A stretch of DNA of 31,131 nt from a virus. Lineage: Duplodnaviria; Caudoviricetes. The translations under genes were made by a program, and so were the position numbers. Every line of letters starts with the position of its first letter. The first letter of the stretch is position 1. Under the pieces are notes generated by a model that worked only from the letters and a program-made list of their open reading frames with translations, did no database searches and was not told the origin of the DNA. Of the stretch, positions 1 to 8,584 are shown in pieces. The DNA lies in IMG/VR virus record IMGVR_UViG_3300023179_000347, positions 1-31,131 of that record. The stretch is one strand, 5' to 3'.

Positions 1-2
1 AA

Positions 3-185
3 TTAGTTGTTGACCATGACCACAAAACTGGGCAAGTAAGAGGAATGTTGTGCAATCACTGCAACAGGGGTCTTGGGCATTTTAGGGATGACCCGATGCT
101 GTTAGAATTTGCAGCACAATATTTATACGCTGCGCATGATGCGCCTGAATGGAAAAAATATTTAGAAAAGGCAGAAACAGCATGA
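3..185 (+). CDS. Endonuclease VII-like (His-Me finger) nuclease, 5'-truncated by the window edge
   Basis: Not in the ORF track. Frame 3 reads [31 protein letters not shown]...ETA*, the DHDH-x-TG-x-VRG-x-LCxxCN-x-GLG signature of the Endo VII family. Its TGA overlaps the next ATG (ATGA at 182-185). Confidence 0.9.
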   Translation, partial: LVVDHDHKTGQVRGMLCNHCNRGLGHFRDDPMLLEFAAQYLYAAHDAPEWKKYLEKAETA

Positions 186-382
186 CTGAACATCACGAAA
201 CCGTAAAACAGGCAGTTGATGCAGCATCTGTAATTACAGTAGTTGGGACACTTATGAATGCATTACCGGCAGTCGCTGCAATATTCTCAATTGTCTGGTC
301 TGCCATCCGCATTTATGAAACCAAGACCGTCCAAGATTGGATTAAAACTTGGAAGGAATATAAAGATGCCAAGCGTAAGTAA
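182..382 (+). CDS. Small membrane protein, holin-like
   Basis: 66 aa with a hydrophobic core ([28 protein letters not shown]) and a basic C-terminus (KDAKRK). The start at 182 is preferred over 149 because of ATGA coupling to the upstream gene. Confidence 0.55.
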   Translation: MTEHHETVKQAVDAASVITVVGTLMNALPAVAAIFSIVWSAIRIYETKTVQDWIKTWKEYKDAKRK

Positions 383-758
383 AAAGCAACATAACTTTAT
401 GGCAGCGGTGGCGAATAACCCGAAGTTTGCCAAGAAGGTCGGTGTTCCCAAAAGTGTTGGTGAAGAATTTACAAAGTCCGACAAAGGCAAACAATTTAAA
501 CGAGGTGGTGAAATGGCTGAATCGAAGAAGATGGTTAAGAAGGAAGTGGCCTTTATGAAGGCCAAGGGCGCGCCGAAGTCGATGGTCAAGCATGAGATGG
601 CCGAAGCCGGTATGAAGAAGGGTGGCTGCGCCAAGATGGCTCGCGGTGGCGGCATTGAAATCCGTGGTAAGACCAAGGGTAAAAACCTTGGCAATTCGGG
701 TCCGAATGTTGGTATTCAAAGCGGCGCTCGCAATATGAAGCGCGGCGGAAAGTGCTAA
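366..758 (+). CDS. Small basic K/G/M-rich phage protein with four [FM]xxGG motifs
   Basis: ATG at 366 preceded by GGAAGGA. Reads [16 protein letters not shown]... and contains FKRGG, MKKGG, MARGG, MKRGG and RGKTKG. Confidence 0.8.
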   Translation: MPSVSKKQHNFMAAVANNPKFAKKVGVPKSVGEEFTKSDKGKQFKRGGEMAESKKMVKKEVAFMKAKGAPKSMVKHEMAEAGMKKGGCAKMARGGGIEIRGKTKGKNLGNSGPNVGIQSGARNMKRGGKC

Positions 759-768
759 GGAGACGGAA

Positions 769-1299
769 ATGGCAACCATGATGGATATGGACAAAAATCG
801 CAAACCGATTGTCCGCACTACCGCTAAAGAAGAAAGCGAGCGCATGGCTAAGGAATCTGAGGCCGACCGCGAAGCAAAAGCAGCCAATCTGAAAAGTCAG
901 AAGCAAGCATATTCTGACCTTAAGACTGGTAAGAGCTTTGACTTAACCAAGCAAGGTTTAGACATTGCACGTTCGGTTGGTAAGGCCGAAAAGCCGCAAT
1001 CGTTTAAAGAAGCATTTGCTGATGCGCGGAATGCTGGCAAGGCCAACTTTACTTGGAATGGCAAAAAGTACACCACTGAAATGGCTAAGAAGCCTTCGGC
1101 CACCACTCGCGAAACGTCTGACTATGGTTTTGGCGTTACCAATCCTGATGAATTTGGTAATGCTGATATGTCTATGGCTCATGACGAAGCCACCCGCTTT
1201 AAGAAGGGTGGTTGCGTGAAAATGGCTAAAGGTGGCAGCGCTTCTAACCGTGCTGATGGCTGCGCTCAACGCGGCAAAACTAAAGGTAAGGTGGTGTAA
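769..1299 (+). CDS. Basic phage protein with C-terminal FKKGG/MAKGG/RADGCAQRGKTKG tail
   Basis: TAAGGAG RBS at 756-762; 176-aa ORF with an internal SFKEAFADAR...FTWNGKKYTT mini-domain. Confidence 0.85.
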   Translation: MATMMDMDKNRKPIVRTTAKEESERMAKESEADREAKAANLKSQKQAYSDLKTGKSFDLTKQGLDIARSVGKAEKPQSFKEAFADARNAGKANFTWNGKKYTTEMAKKPSATTRETSDYGFGVTNPDEFGNADMSMAHDEATRFKKGGCVKMAKGGSASNRADGCAQRGKTKGKVV

Positions 1300-1301
1300 T
1301 C

Positions 1302-1991
1302 ATGGGGCGCGCATCTGGATTTAAAGCCACAACGCCAGAGGATGACGATTTACCTTGGTATGTTTTTGGTGATGCAAGGCGTGCCGCTTTGGCCGCTAAA
1401 AAAGACAAAACAACTGGTCGAGCACTTCCAGCCGTTGAGCGCGCAATGCCGGGTTCTGAGTTTTTGCCCAAGAAGCGTGAACAATCGCGCATGGGTTCTG
1501 ACAAAAACGTTGATGTTGGTCGGGGTCGTGGGACTGTTCCTATGAAGCCTTCGGAACCCGCTCCCAAAGACATGACCAAACGCGCTACAACGCCGTCTGT
1601 TGCACGCAAACCTGCTGGTGAGTATGTAGCCCCATCTAGCGTTGAATCTGCGCTTACGGCAGGCATTCAGGGCTTGCCCGGCGGTCAAAGCGGCGTATCC
1701 CAAGAGGCTGGTTCTGACTATGGTCGCACCACCTATTTTGGTGAAACTCCCGAAGCAGCAACTCAAGTAGCACAACAAATGCGTAAGGGTTTGTTTGGCG
1801 AAGACATTAGTCAAGAAGACTATGACGCCATGACTCAGCGCAACAAAGATGCAAGTTTTTTCGGTCGCTTTAAGAAGGGCGGTCAAGTCAAAAAGACAAA
1901 GAAGATGGCAAAAGGCGGTTCCGTGTCGCCCGCTTCTAAGCGTGGTGATGGCTGTTGTCAGCGCGGTAAGACTAAAGGTCGCATGGTATGA
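1302..1991 (+). CDS. Phage protein with C-terminal FKKGG/MAKGG/RGDGCCQRGKTKG tail
   Basis: 229-aa ORF starting 2 nt after the previous stop. Its C-terminal ~40 aa is clearly homologous to that of 769..1299. Confidence 0.85.
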   Translation: MGRASGFKATTPEDDDLPWYVFGDARRAALAAKKDKTTGRALPAVERAMPGSEFLPKKREQSRMGSDKNVDVGRGRGTVPMKPSEPAPKDMTKRATTPSVARKPAGEYVAPSSVESALTAGIQGLPGGQSGVSQEAGSDYGRTTYFGETPEAATQVAQQMRKGLFGEDISQEDYDAMTQRNKDASFFGRFKKGGQVKKTKKMAKGGSVSPASKRGDGCCQRGKTKGRMV

Positions 1992-2260
1992 GACCGTGCC
2001 GTGGAATGGGTGCAGTAAATCCGGCCAAGCTGAAGCGCATCAAGAAGCGTGACGGTAATGAGCCGGTTGAACTCTATTCTAAGGGCGGTGAAAGTCGTGT
2101 AAACGAAGCTGGTAATTACACCAAGCCGGGTATGCGTAAGTCATTGTTTAACCGTATTAAAAGCGGTGGGAAGGGCGGTTCACCCGGACAATGGTCTGCT
2201 CGAAAAGCACAAATGCTTGCTATGCAATATAAAAAGCATGGCGGCGGATATAAAGATTAG
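1988..2260 (+). CDS. Small basic protein with GGKGGxPGQWSARKAQ motif (N-terminal half of a DUF5872-associated protein)
   Basis: ATGA overlap with the previous gene; contains YTKPGMRK...GGKGGSPGQWSARKAQMLAMQYKKHGGGY and YSKGG. Confidence 0.8.
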   Translation: MRPCRGMGAVNPAKLKRIKKRDGNEPVELYSKGGESRVNEAGNYTKPGMRKSLFNRIKSGGKGGSPGQWSARKAQMLAMQYKKHGGGYKD

Positions 2261-2269
2261 GAGATAGAG

Positions 2270-3835
2270 ATGTCTGGAAGCGGCGCTGGTGGATTGGGAA
2301 TGAGTGGAAATTTGTTTGGAACTTCCACGAACCAACAAACAGGTAGTCAACAAGTTGGCACTGGCGGACAGTTCCAAATGCCTAACTATATGCAGCCGTA
2401 TGCAAATAATTTGTTTGGTGGAAATCAACAAACAAATCAACCTACGCAACAACAAAGTCAAACAAATCAGCCGTTTGGCAGAAATATTTACGGCTATAAC
2501 ATGAACCGTCTGTCTTCTATGATGGACCCGTCTGCCTCGCTGCCGCAATACCAAAACCCGTATCAGTCAAATTATTCAGATACTGAGTTTCCGCAGCGAA
2601 ATCAACAATATCAAAATTACCAATATGGATTGGGCGATTTGCTTAATCTTGGTTATTTATTTGGTCAGCCAAACTTTTTTTCTCCCACTCCGACTCCGGC
2701 TCCGGCTCCGCAAACTTTTGGGCAAACTGCAAATCAACCTTCATTTGATACCTCTGGTTTAGAAAAGCAAATTAGGGATTTGCAAAGCCAAATTGAAGCT
2801 ATGAGCAAGCCCAAAACCAGTACTAGTGAGGTTGTTGCAGACCTTGGCAAGGGTTTTGAAGAGCAAGGAGTTAAACCGGGAACTACCGCAAGCGCCGATA
2901 CTGCGGCACCCGCTCCGGTAACCCCAGCCCCCCCGCCTTCTGCATTAACTTCTGGCGCTGGATTCCGCGACATTAATACGCAATTTGGTGGGAATTTGGG
3001 CAATGTTAATGCCGTTGTTAATAAAAACGGCACAGTAACACTCGTTAGCAATACAAATAGCAATATTAAAACTACATTGCCTGCTGGCAGTTATTTTGAC
3101 AGCAAATCTGGAAAAATAGTTAATGCGCAAGGACAACCAATTAATATTGGTAGTCAATTTATTAGTAGTAGTGCTCCCACAGCATTATCAACTGGCATTC
3201 AGTTTGGTGATACTTCCGCAGATATTCGCCGTGAATTTGGTAATGCGGTTAATGTTACTGATAAAGCTGTAGTTAATTCTGATGGAAGCATTAAACTTGC
3301 AAGTGGAACAAAAATTCCTGCAAATTCATATGTAGATTCTAGTGGTGTTTTGCGCCAACCAAATGGTGCACCGGTTGTTCTTAAGCCTCAAGATAAAGCT
3401 ATTGTTAGCGCTCCTGCTCCAGCAACTTCTGCTGCATCTCCGGCCCCGGCACCGGCTACTTCATCGTCTGCTGCGCCCGCTTCTTCTACTGCGTCTGCGC
3501 CCGCGCCAGCACCCGCTACAGCAGCTGCGTCTGCTCCCGCTACAGCAGCTGCACCTGCGCCCGCACCCGCACCCGCACCCGCACCCGCTCCAGCGTCCGC
3601 TCCAAAACCAATTACTCAAGCACAGGCAATTGCTGCAATTAAAGCTCAGGGTTTGTCATCGTCAAAAGACCCCAATGGCAAGGCTTGGACAACTCAATCA
3701 TTGGCAAATGCAACTGGTCAACCAATTGTCAAAGGCAATCAAACATACACACCTCAATCAAATCTGGCTAAAGGCGGCACAATTATTGTCAATAATGGCA
3801 TGACAAATAATTTAAAAAGAATGTTAAGGGGTTAA
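2270..3835 (+). CDS. Low-complexity 521-aa protein (Q/N/Y/G-rich N-terminus, two internal repeats, Pro/Ala linker, C-terminal LAKGG)
   Basis: AGGAG RBS upstream; the long ORF exactly fills the gap between its neighbours; composition is visible in the translation. Confidence 0.8.
   Translation: MSGSGAGGLGMSGNLFGTSTNQQTGSQQVGTGGQFQMPNYMQPYANNLFGGNQQTNQPTQQQSQTNQPFGRNIYGYNMNRLSSMMDPSASLPQYQNPYQSNYSDTEFPQRNQQYQNYQYGLGDLLNLGYLFGQPNFFSPTPTPAPAPQTFGQTANQPSFDTSGLEKQIRDLQSQIEAMSKPKTSTSEVVADLGKGFEEQGVKPGTTASADTAAPAPVTPAPPPSALTSGAGFRDINTQFGGNLGNVNAVVNKNGTVTLVSNTNSNIKTTLPAGSYFDSKSGKIVNAQGQPINIGSQFISSSAPTALSTGIQFGDTSADIRREFGNAVNVTDKAVVNSDGSIKLASGTKIPANSYVDSSGVLRQPNGAPVVLKPQDKAIVSAPAPATSAASPAPAPATSSSAAPASSTASAPAPAPATAAASAPATAAAPAPAPAPAPAPAPASAPKPITQAQAIAAIKAQGLSSSKDPNGKAWTTQSLANATGQPIVKGNQTYTPQSNLAKGGTIIVNNGMTNNLKRMLRG
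3560..3589 (+). repeat. Hexamer tandem repeat (CCCGCA)4 + CCCGCT encoding a Pro-Ala run
   Basis: Read directly from the sequence; lies within the wider A/P/S/T-rich linker at about 3409-3605. Confidence 0.9.
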
Positions 3836-3836
3836 C

Positions 3837-4091
3837 GTGAAAGCGCCTCAGAAAAGCCTTAAAGCATGGACTGAGCAGAAGTGGAGAACAAAAAGTGGTA
3901 AACCGTCAACGCAAGGTTCAAAAGCCACAGGCGAACGATACCTACCGGAGGCAGCGATTAAGTCGTTATCTCCGTCAGAATATGCTGCTACGACTAGAGC
4001 AAAAAGAGCGGGAAAGAAATCGGGAAAGCAGTTCGTAGCACAACCAAAAGGCATAGCCAAAAAAGTTGCACCATATAGGAAAGTTAAATGA
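3837..4091 (+). CDS. Small basic protein, DUF5872-like
   Basis: GTG start 1 nt after the previous stop; SLKAWTEQKWRTKSG...GERYLP...GKQFVAQP motif recognised from memory. Confidence 0.7.
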   Translation: MKAPQKSLKAWTEQKWRTKSGKPSTQGSKATGERYLPEAAIKSLSPSEYAATTRAKRAGKKSGKQFVAQPKGIAKKVAPYRKVK

Positions 4092-4813
4092 CAACAAGCG
4101 GAACCAACACTTTCAATCTTGATTTAAACAATCTTGTTGAAGAGGCGTTTGAACGTTGTGGTTCCGAGCTAAGGACCGGATATGACTTGCGCACGGCTAG
4201 GCGCAGTCTTAACTTGTTAACAATTGAATGGGCAAATCGCGGCATTAACTTGTGGACAATTGAGCAAGGCTCCATTCCTTTGGTAAGCGGAACTGCAACA
4301 TACAACATACCAATTGACACAATTGATTTGTTGGACCATGTTATTAGAACAGGTTCTGGAACAAACCAAACCGACATTACTTGCAGCCGGATTAGCGTTG
4401 AAACCTACTTAACGATTCCAAACAAAAATTCACAAGGTCGCCCAATTCAGGTTTGGTTCAACAAACAGTCTGGAGCGACATATCCAGATGGCGCTGGCAC
4501 AACTATAGAAAACCCAACAATTACTGTTTGGCCTGTGCCAAACGTTAACAATACATACACATTTGTTTATTGGCGCTTGCGCCGTATTGAAGATGCGGGA
4601 GAAGGCGGCACTAGGACACAAGATATTCCGTTCCGTTTTCTTCCGTGCATGGTTGCCGGTCTAGCCTATTACCTATCAATGAAGTTGCCGGATGCGTCTC
4701 AACGCATTCAAATGCTCAAGGCGGACTATGAAGAGCAGTTTAAACTTGCGGCAGAAGAAGACCGCGAGCGCGCTCCGATTAGATTTGTTCCGCGCACTAT
4801 GTTTTATAGGTGA
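4088..4813 (+). CDS. Putative head-tail adaptor / tail tubular protein
   Basis: 241 aa; LNLLTIEWANRGINLW motif and a helical C-terminus (GLAYYLS...YEEQFKLA) typical of podovirus adaptor proteins; position in the morphogenesis module. Confidence 0.6.
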   Translation: MTTSGTNTFNLDLNNLVEEAFERCGSELRTGYDLRTARRSLNLLTIEWANRGINLWTIEQGSIPLVSGTATYNIPIDTIDLLDHVIRTGSGTNQTDITCSRISVETYLTIPNKNSQGRPIQVWFNKQSGATYPDGAGTTIENPTITVWPVPNVNNTYTFVYWRLRRIEDAGEGGTRTQDIPFRFLPCMVAGLAYYLSMKLPDASQRIQMLKADYEEQFKLAAEEDRERAPIRFVPRTMFYR

Positions 4814-4817
4814 TTAA

Positions 4818-5201
4818 ATGCCAAACAGATTTTCATCTGGCAAGCATTCAATCGCTGAATGTGACCGGTGTGGCTTCCGTTTTAAACTGAAGCAGCTGCG
4901 GAAACTAACGATTAAAACAAAGCAAGTTAGCATTAAAGTTTGTAATGAATGCTGGGAACCAGACCAACCTCAATTGCAGTTGGGTATGTATCCGGTAAAT
5001 GACCCGCAAGCAGTGCGTGAACCAAGACCGGATAACAGTTATTATGTGTCCGGTACTGATGTAAATGGCTTTCCGTCAGAAGGCAGTCGGGTTATTAATT
5101 GGGGCTGGAATCCTGTTGGTCAGGCAAATGATGGTGGATTAACACCAAATCCGCTGCAAGCCGCCGGTCAAGTCGGAACGGTAACTGTAAATATCACTTA
5201 G
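4818..5201 (+). CDS. Zn-ribbon (CxxC...CxxC) phage protein
   Basis: CDRC and CNEC pairs; PQLQLG...PRPD motif; AGGTG RBS upstream. Confidence 0.8.
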   Translation: MPNRFSSGKHSIAECDRCGFRFKLKQLRKLTIKTKQVSIKVCNECWEPDQPQLQLGMYPVNDPQAVREPRPDNSYYVSGTDVNGFPSEGSRVINWGWNPVGQANDGGLTPNPLQAAGQVGTVTVNIT

Positions 5202-5209
5202 GAGTAATC

Positions 5210-5395
5210 ATGAACAAGAATGAAGTTAAACAAATTGCCGACAAAGAAGTAAAGGCGCATGAAAAGCGCTTGCACGGCAAGGGTTATCGCGCCGGTGGTA
5301 AGACTAGCCTTGAAATGAAAAAGGTTGGCCGAGGCATGGCAAAGGTTTTGAACCAACGCGATTCTGTTGGCAAAGTCAAAAAGGCGGGCATTTAA
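5210..5395 (+). CDS. Small basic phage protein with YRAGG motif
   Basis: TAGGAG RBS; 61-aa K-rich ORF. Confidence 0.8.
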   Translation: MNKNEVKQIADKEVKAHEKRLHGKGYRAGGKTSLEMKKVGRGMAKVLNQRDSVGKVKKAGI

Positions 5396-5602
5396 ATGAA
5401 CAGCGATAAATTTAATTATTTTCCGGCAGAAACCTCTGACCCGATTGGCAAATACACCCAACCCAAGGAATACTCGGTTGATATGGGCGGTAAAGAAAAT
5501 GTTGGCTATCCGTCTGATGTTGGCACAACGGCCAAAGTAACCGTTCGTGGGTGTGGAGCTTGCACCAAGGGCAATAAATTTATTGGTTCAGTTATCAAAT
5601 GA
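5396..5602 (+). CDS. Small phage protein with C-terminal RGCGACTKG motif
   Basis: Abuts the previous stop (TAAATG) and has an ATGA overlap with the next gene. Confidence 0.75.
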   Translation: MNSDKFNYFPAETSDPIGKYTQPKEYSVDMGGKENVGYPSDVGTTAKVTVRGCGACTKGNKFIGSVIK

Positions 5603-6228
5603 ATTATTCGGAATTAGTATCAGCAATTCAGGATTACACTGAGAATACATTCTCAAATGCTGATATAAACATTTTTATTAAACAGGCTGAACAGCGTATT
5701 TACAACACTGTTCAATTGCCTGCTTTGCGTAAAAATGTAACTGGAAATACTACGGCCAGTAATAAATATTTAGCAGCACCGTCTGATTGGCTTGCAACAT
5801 TTTCAATGGCAATTGTCAGCGCTAGCGGAAGTTATTCATATCTTTTAAATAAAGATGTGAACTTTATTAGGGCAGCATATCCGGAGCCAACTGATACTGG
5901 CGCTCCAGAATATTATGCTTTATTTGACCAAAATACTTTTATTCTTGGTCCAACGCCTAATAGTTCTTATACGGTAGAACTTCACTATTTTTATTATCCA
6001 GAATCTATTGTCACAGCTAATACAACTTGGTTGGGTAATAATTTTGATTCTGCATTGCTTTATGGTTCGCTTCTTGAGGCTTATACATACATGAAGGGCG
6101 AATCTGACATGGTTGCTTTGTATAAACAGCGCTATGATGAAGCGCTTGCTTTGTTGAAACAACTTGGTGATGGCAAGGACCGACAAGATGCTTATCGCAG
6201 CGGTCAAGTTCGATATAAGGTTCAGTAA
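5599..6228 (+). CDS. Putative head-tail adaptor protein (second)
   Basis: MNYSEL...IQDYTEN...FIKQAEQRI, PTPNSSYTVELHY and LLYGSLLEAY motifs resemble phage adaptor/connector proteins. Confidence 0.6.
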   Translation: MNYSELVSAIQDYTENTFSNADINIFIKQAEQRIYNTVQLPALRKNVTGNTTASNKYLAAPSDWLATFSMAIVSASGSYSYLLNKDVNFIRAAYPEPTDTGAPEYYALFDQNTFILGPTPNSSYTVELHYFYYPESIVTANTTWLGNNFDSALLYGSLLEAYTYMKGESDMVALYKQRYDEALALLKQLGDGKDRQDAYRSGQVRYKVQ

Positions 6229-6515
6229 TGACTATTAGTGTTGAAATTCCAGTTTTGTTGGGTGGTGTCGTGGTTCATACCTCGGACAACAGGGGTTTTA
6301 CTCCAGAAGAATTAACTGAACGGGCAATTGAAAAGATTATTTATGTAGGCAGCAATTCACATCCTGCTGTGCGCGCCCAAGCGGAAGCGTTTAAAGAATC
6401 AATAAAGGGTGTAGTTCTTGCGTATATGAAAGAAGCGGTTGCGTGTCATAACGTGACCATTGCAAACAAACTGACTCAGGCGGGACATCCTGAGTTGGTT
6501 AAACTTTTAGATTAA
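6228..6515 (+). CDS. Hypothetical phage protein
   Basis: 95 aa; TAATG coupling with the upstream gene; fills the gap between neighbours. Confidence 0.8.
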   Translation: MTISVEIPVLLGGVVVHTSDNRGFTPEELTERAIEKIIYVGSNSHPAVRAQAEAFKESIKGVVLAYMKEAVACHNVTIANKLTQAGHPELVKLLD

Positions 6516-6525
6516 GGAGCCTACT

Positions 6526-6954
6526 ATGGCAATCAGTCAAGCAATGTGCACTTCGTTCAAGGTCGAGTTAATGACCGCGACGCACAACTTCACCACCTCT
6601 AGCGGCAATACGTTCAAGATTGCGCTGTACACCTCGTCGGCCACTCTGGATGCCGCCACTACCGCATACACTACCTCCAACGAAGTTGTTGGTACTGGAT
6701 ACACGGCTGGCGGCAACACTCTGACCAACGTCACCCCGACCTCTTCGGGCACTACCGCCTTTACGGACTTTGCTGATACGACTTGGAGTACCGCCACCAT
6801 TACGGCTCGCGGCGCTTTGATTTACAACAGCAGCGCTTCTAATAAGTCTGTGTGTGTTCTGGACTTTGGCTCGGACAAGACTTCGACTGCTGGTAACTTC
6901 ACCATCGTGTTCCCGACTGCTGACGCTAGCAATGCAATTATTCGTATTGCCTAA
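6526..6954 (+). CDS. Virion structural protein (tail/appendage subunit)
   Basis: Strong TAAGGAG RBS; Thr/Ala-rich beta protein (FKIALYTS, YTAGG, ARGALIYN, VLDFG motifs). Confidence 0.7.
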   Translation: MAISQAMCTSFKVELMTATHNFTTSSGNTFKIALYTSSATLDAATTAYTTSNEVVGTGYTAGGNTLTNVTPTSSGTTAFTDFADTTWSTATITARGALIYNSSASNKSVCVLDFGSDKTSTAGNFTIVFPTADASNAIIRIA

Positions 6955-6969
6955 TCTTAAGGAATCCTC

Positions 6970-7989
6970 ATGGCCGGATGGGGCAGCAATGGATGGGGTC
7001 TTAGCTCTTGGGGGGCAGGCGAAGATATCGTCGTGCCTCTCGGGGGCTGGGGGTCCGTTGCTGGCTGGGGTCAAGGACAGTGGGGCTATGGTAGTTCAAA
7101 TGTAGTAGCAACCGGCGATGTTGGTAGCGTAACCGTATCAACCCAAACTAATGCGCTTGTAAATGTAACAGGCGTTCAGGGTACAGGTCAGGTTGAAACA
7201 GTTGTAGTAAACGGGATAGCCAATATATATCCCTCTGATGTTCAGGGTATTGGATTTGTTGGAACTGTTGCAGTAAATGCCGCAGCCAATGTTTATCCCA
7301 CGGGAGTTCAAGGTTCTGGGCAATTAGGAAGCGTTTCATTTAGTCTTGATTGCATTGTTTACACGACAGGCGTTCAAGCAACAGTAGTTCAAGGCAACAT
7401 AGCGGTTGAAGCAGATGGAGCGATTGATGCTCTTGGTAATGCCGCCACAGGATTTGTTGGGAATGTAACTGTAACGGGTATAGCAAATGTTTACCCGACA
7501 GGAGTTCAGGGTACTGGGCAGTTGGGCGCGGCAGAAGTAAATGCCATAGCCAATGTATACCCGACGGGCGTTTCTGCTTCAGTTGTTCAGGGTTCTGTAA
7601 CGGTTCAAGGAAATTCTGATGTTCTTGTTACAGGAGTCGAGACTTCTGGTGTTCTTGGCAACATAAATGTTAACGGTCAGGGATTTGTTTATCCCACTGG
7701 TGTTGAAGCAGCAAATGACGAAGGTGATGTAACCGTACTTCTTAGCCAAACTATTTTGGTTACTGGATTAAGTGCTGCGGGTGGAATTGGAACAGTACAA
7801 AATACCGGAACTGCAACAGTAGAACCCACTGGAGTACGGGCAATTGGACAAATAGGTTCAGTTTTGATATGGAGTCAAATTAACGACAACCAAAATCCGA
7901 ACTGGCAGAATATAGATGACAGCCAAACATCAATTTGGCAGAATATCAATGATACACAAACGCCCTCTTGGATACCAATAGCGGCTTAG
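6970..7989 (+). CDS. Val/Gly/Thr-rich repeat structural protein (fiber/appendage)
   Basis: N-terminal GWG repeats, then about ten ~27-aa repeats of the form ANVYPTGVQGTGQLGxV, and C-terminal WQNI[DN]DxQ repeats. Confidence 0.75.
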   Translation: MAGWGSNGWGLSSWGAGEDIVVPLGGWGSVAGWGQGQWGYGSSNVVATGDVGSVTVSTQTNALVNVTGVQGTGQVETVVVNGIANIYPSDVQGIGFVGTVAVNAAANVYPTGVQGSGQLGSVSFSLDCIVYTTGVQATVVQGNIAVEADGAIDALGNAATGFVGNVTVTGIANVYPTGVQGTGQLGAAEVNAIANVYPTGVSASVVQGSVTVQGNSDVLVTGVETSGVLGNINVNGQGFVYPTGVEAANDEGDVTVLLSQTILVTGLSAAGGIGTVQNTGTATVEPTGVRAIGQIGSVLIWSQINDNQNPNWQNIDDSQTSIWQNINDTQTPSWIPIAA

Positions 7990-7998
7990 GAGTTTTAA

Positions 7999-8574
7999 AT
8001 GGCAAGTACTTACTCAAGTCTTAAAATTGAATTAATTGGCACCGGGGAGCAATCGGGTACTTGGGGCAATACTACCAACACCAACCTAGGCACGGCTATT
8101 GAACAAGCGTTGGCTGGATATGGTACTGCAAACTTTACTAGTGACGCAGACCTTACCCTTGGATATACCGATAGTAACGGTTCGCAAATTTTCCGCAATT
8201 TGGTTTTAAACGTTACGTCTAGCGGTTCACTTACTGCCACACGAAACCTTATTGTACCGACCACCGCAAAACAATATTACATTTTTAATAATACGTCGGG
8301 TAGCCAAAGCATTACGGTAAAAACTTCCGCAGGTACTGGCGTTATAGTTCCCAATGGCGGCAAGGCTCTTGTTTATTGTGATGGCACTAATGTGGTTCCG
8401 GCTATTAATTCTTTGCCGGTTTCTGCAACGGTTACTTACAAACTCCCAACCACTGACGGCACTAATGGTCAACTACTACAAACAAACGGTTCCGGAACGT
8501 TGTCTTTTACTACTGTCACTCCGGGCATTTCAACAGGCAAAAGTATCGCTATGGCGATGATTTTCGGATTCTGA
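7999..8574 (+). CDS. Tail fiber proximal/anchor protein
   Basis: MASTYS...GEQSGTWGNTTNTNL N-terminus and LPTTDGTNGQLLQTNGSGTLSF knob-like motif; TAGGAG RBS. Confidence 0.65.
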   Translation: MASTYSSLKIELIGTGEQSGTWGNTTNTNLGTAIEQALAGYGTANFTSDADLTLGYTDSNGSQIFRNLVLNVTSSGSLTATRNLIVPTTAKQYYIFNNTSGSQSITVKTSAGTGVIVPNGGKALVYCDGTNVVPAINSLPVSATVTYKLPTTDGTNGQLLQTNGSGTLSFTTVTPGISTGKSIAMAMIFGF

Positions 8575-8584
8575 GGACTAACAA

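Noticed and set aside
149-365. Longer starts for the first two ORFs (149 and 258)
   Set aside because: They would overlap upstream genes extensively. ATG 182 (ATGA coupling) and ATG 366 (RBS) fit better.
3342-3803. 153-aa Leu/Arg/His-rich alternative-frame ORF
   Set aside because: It is a frame shadow of the Pro/Ala low-complexity linker.
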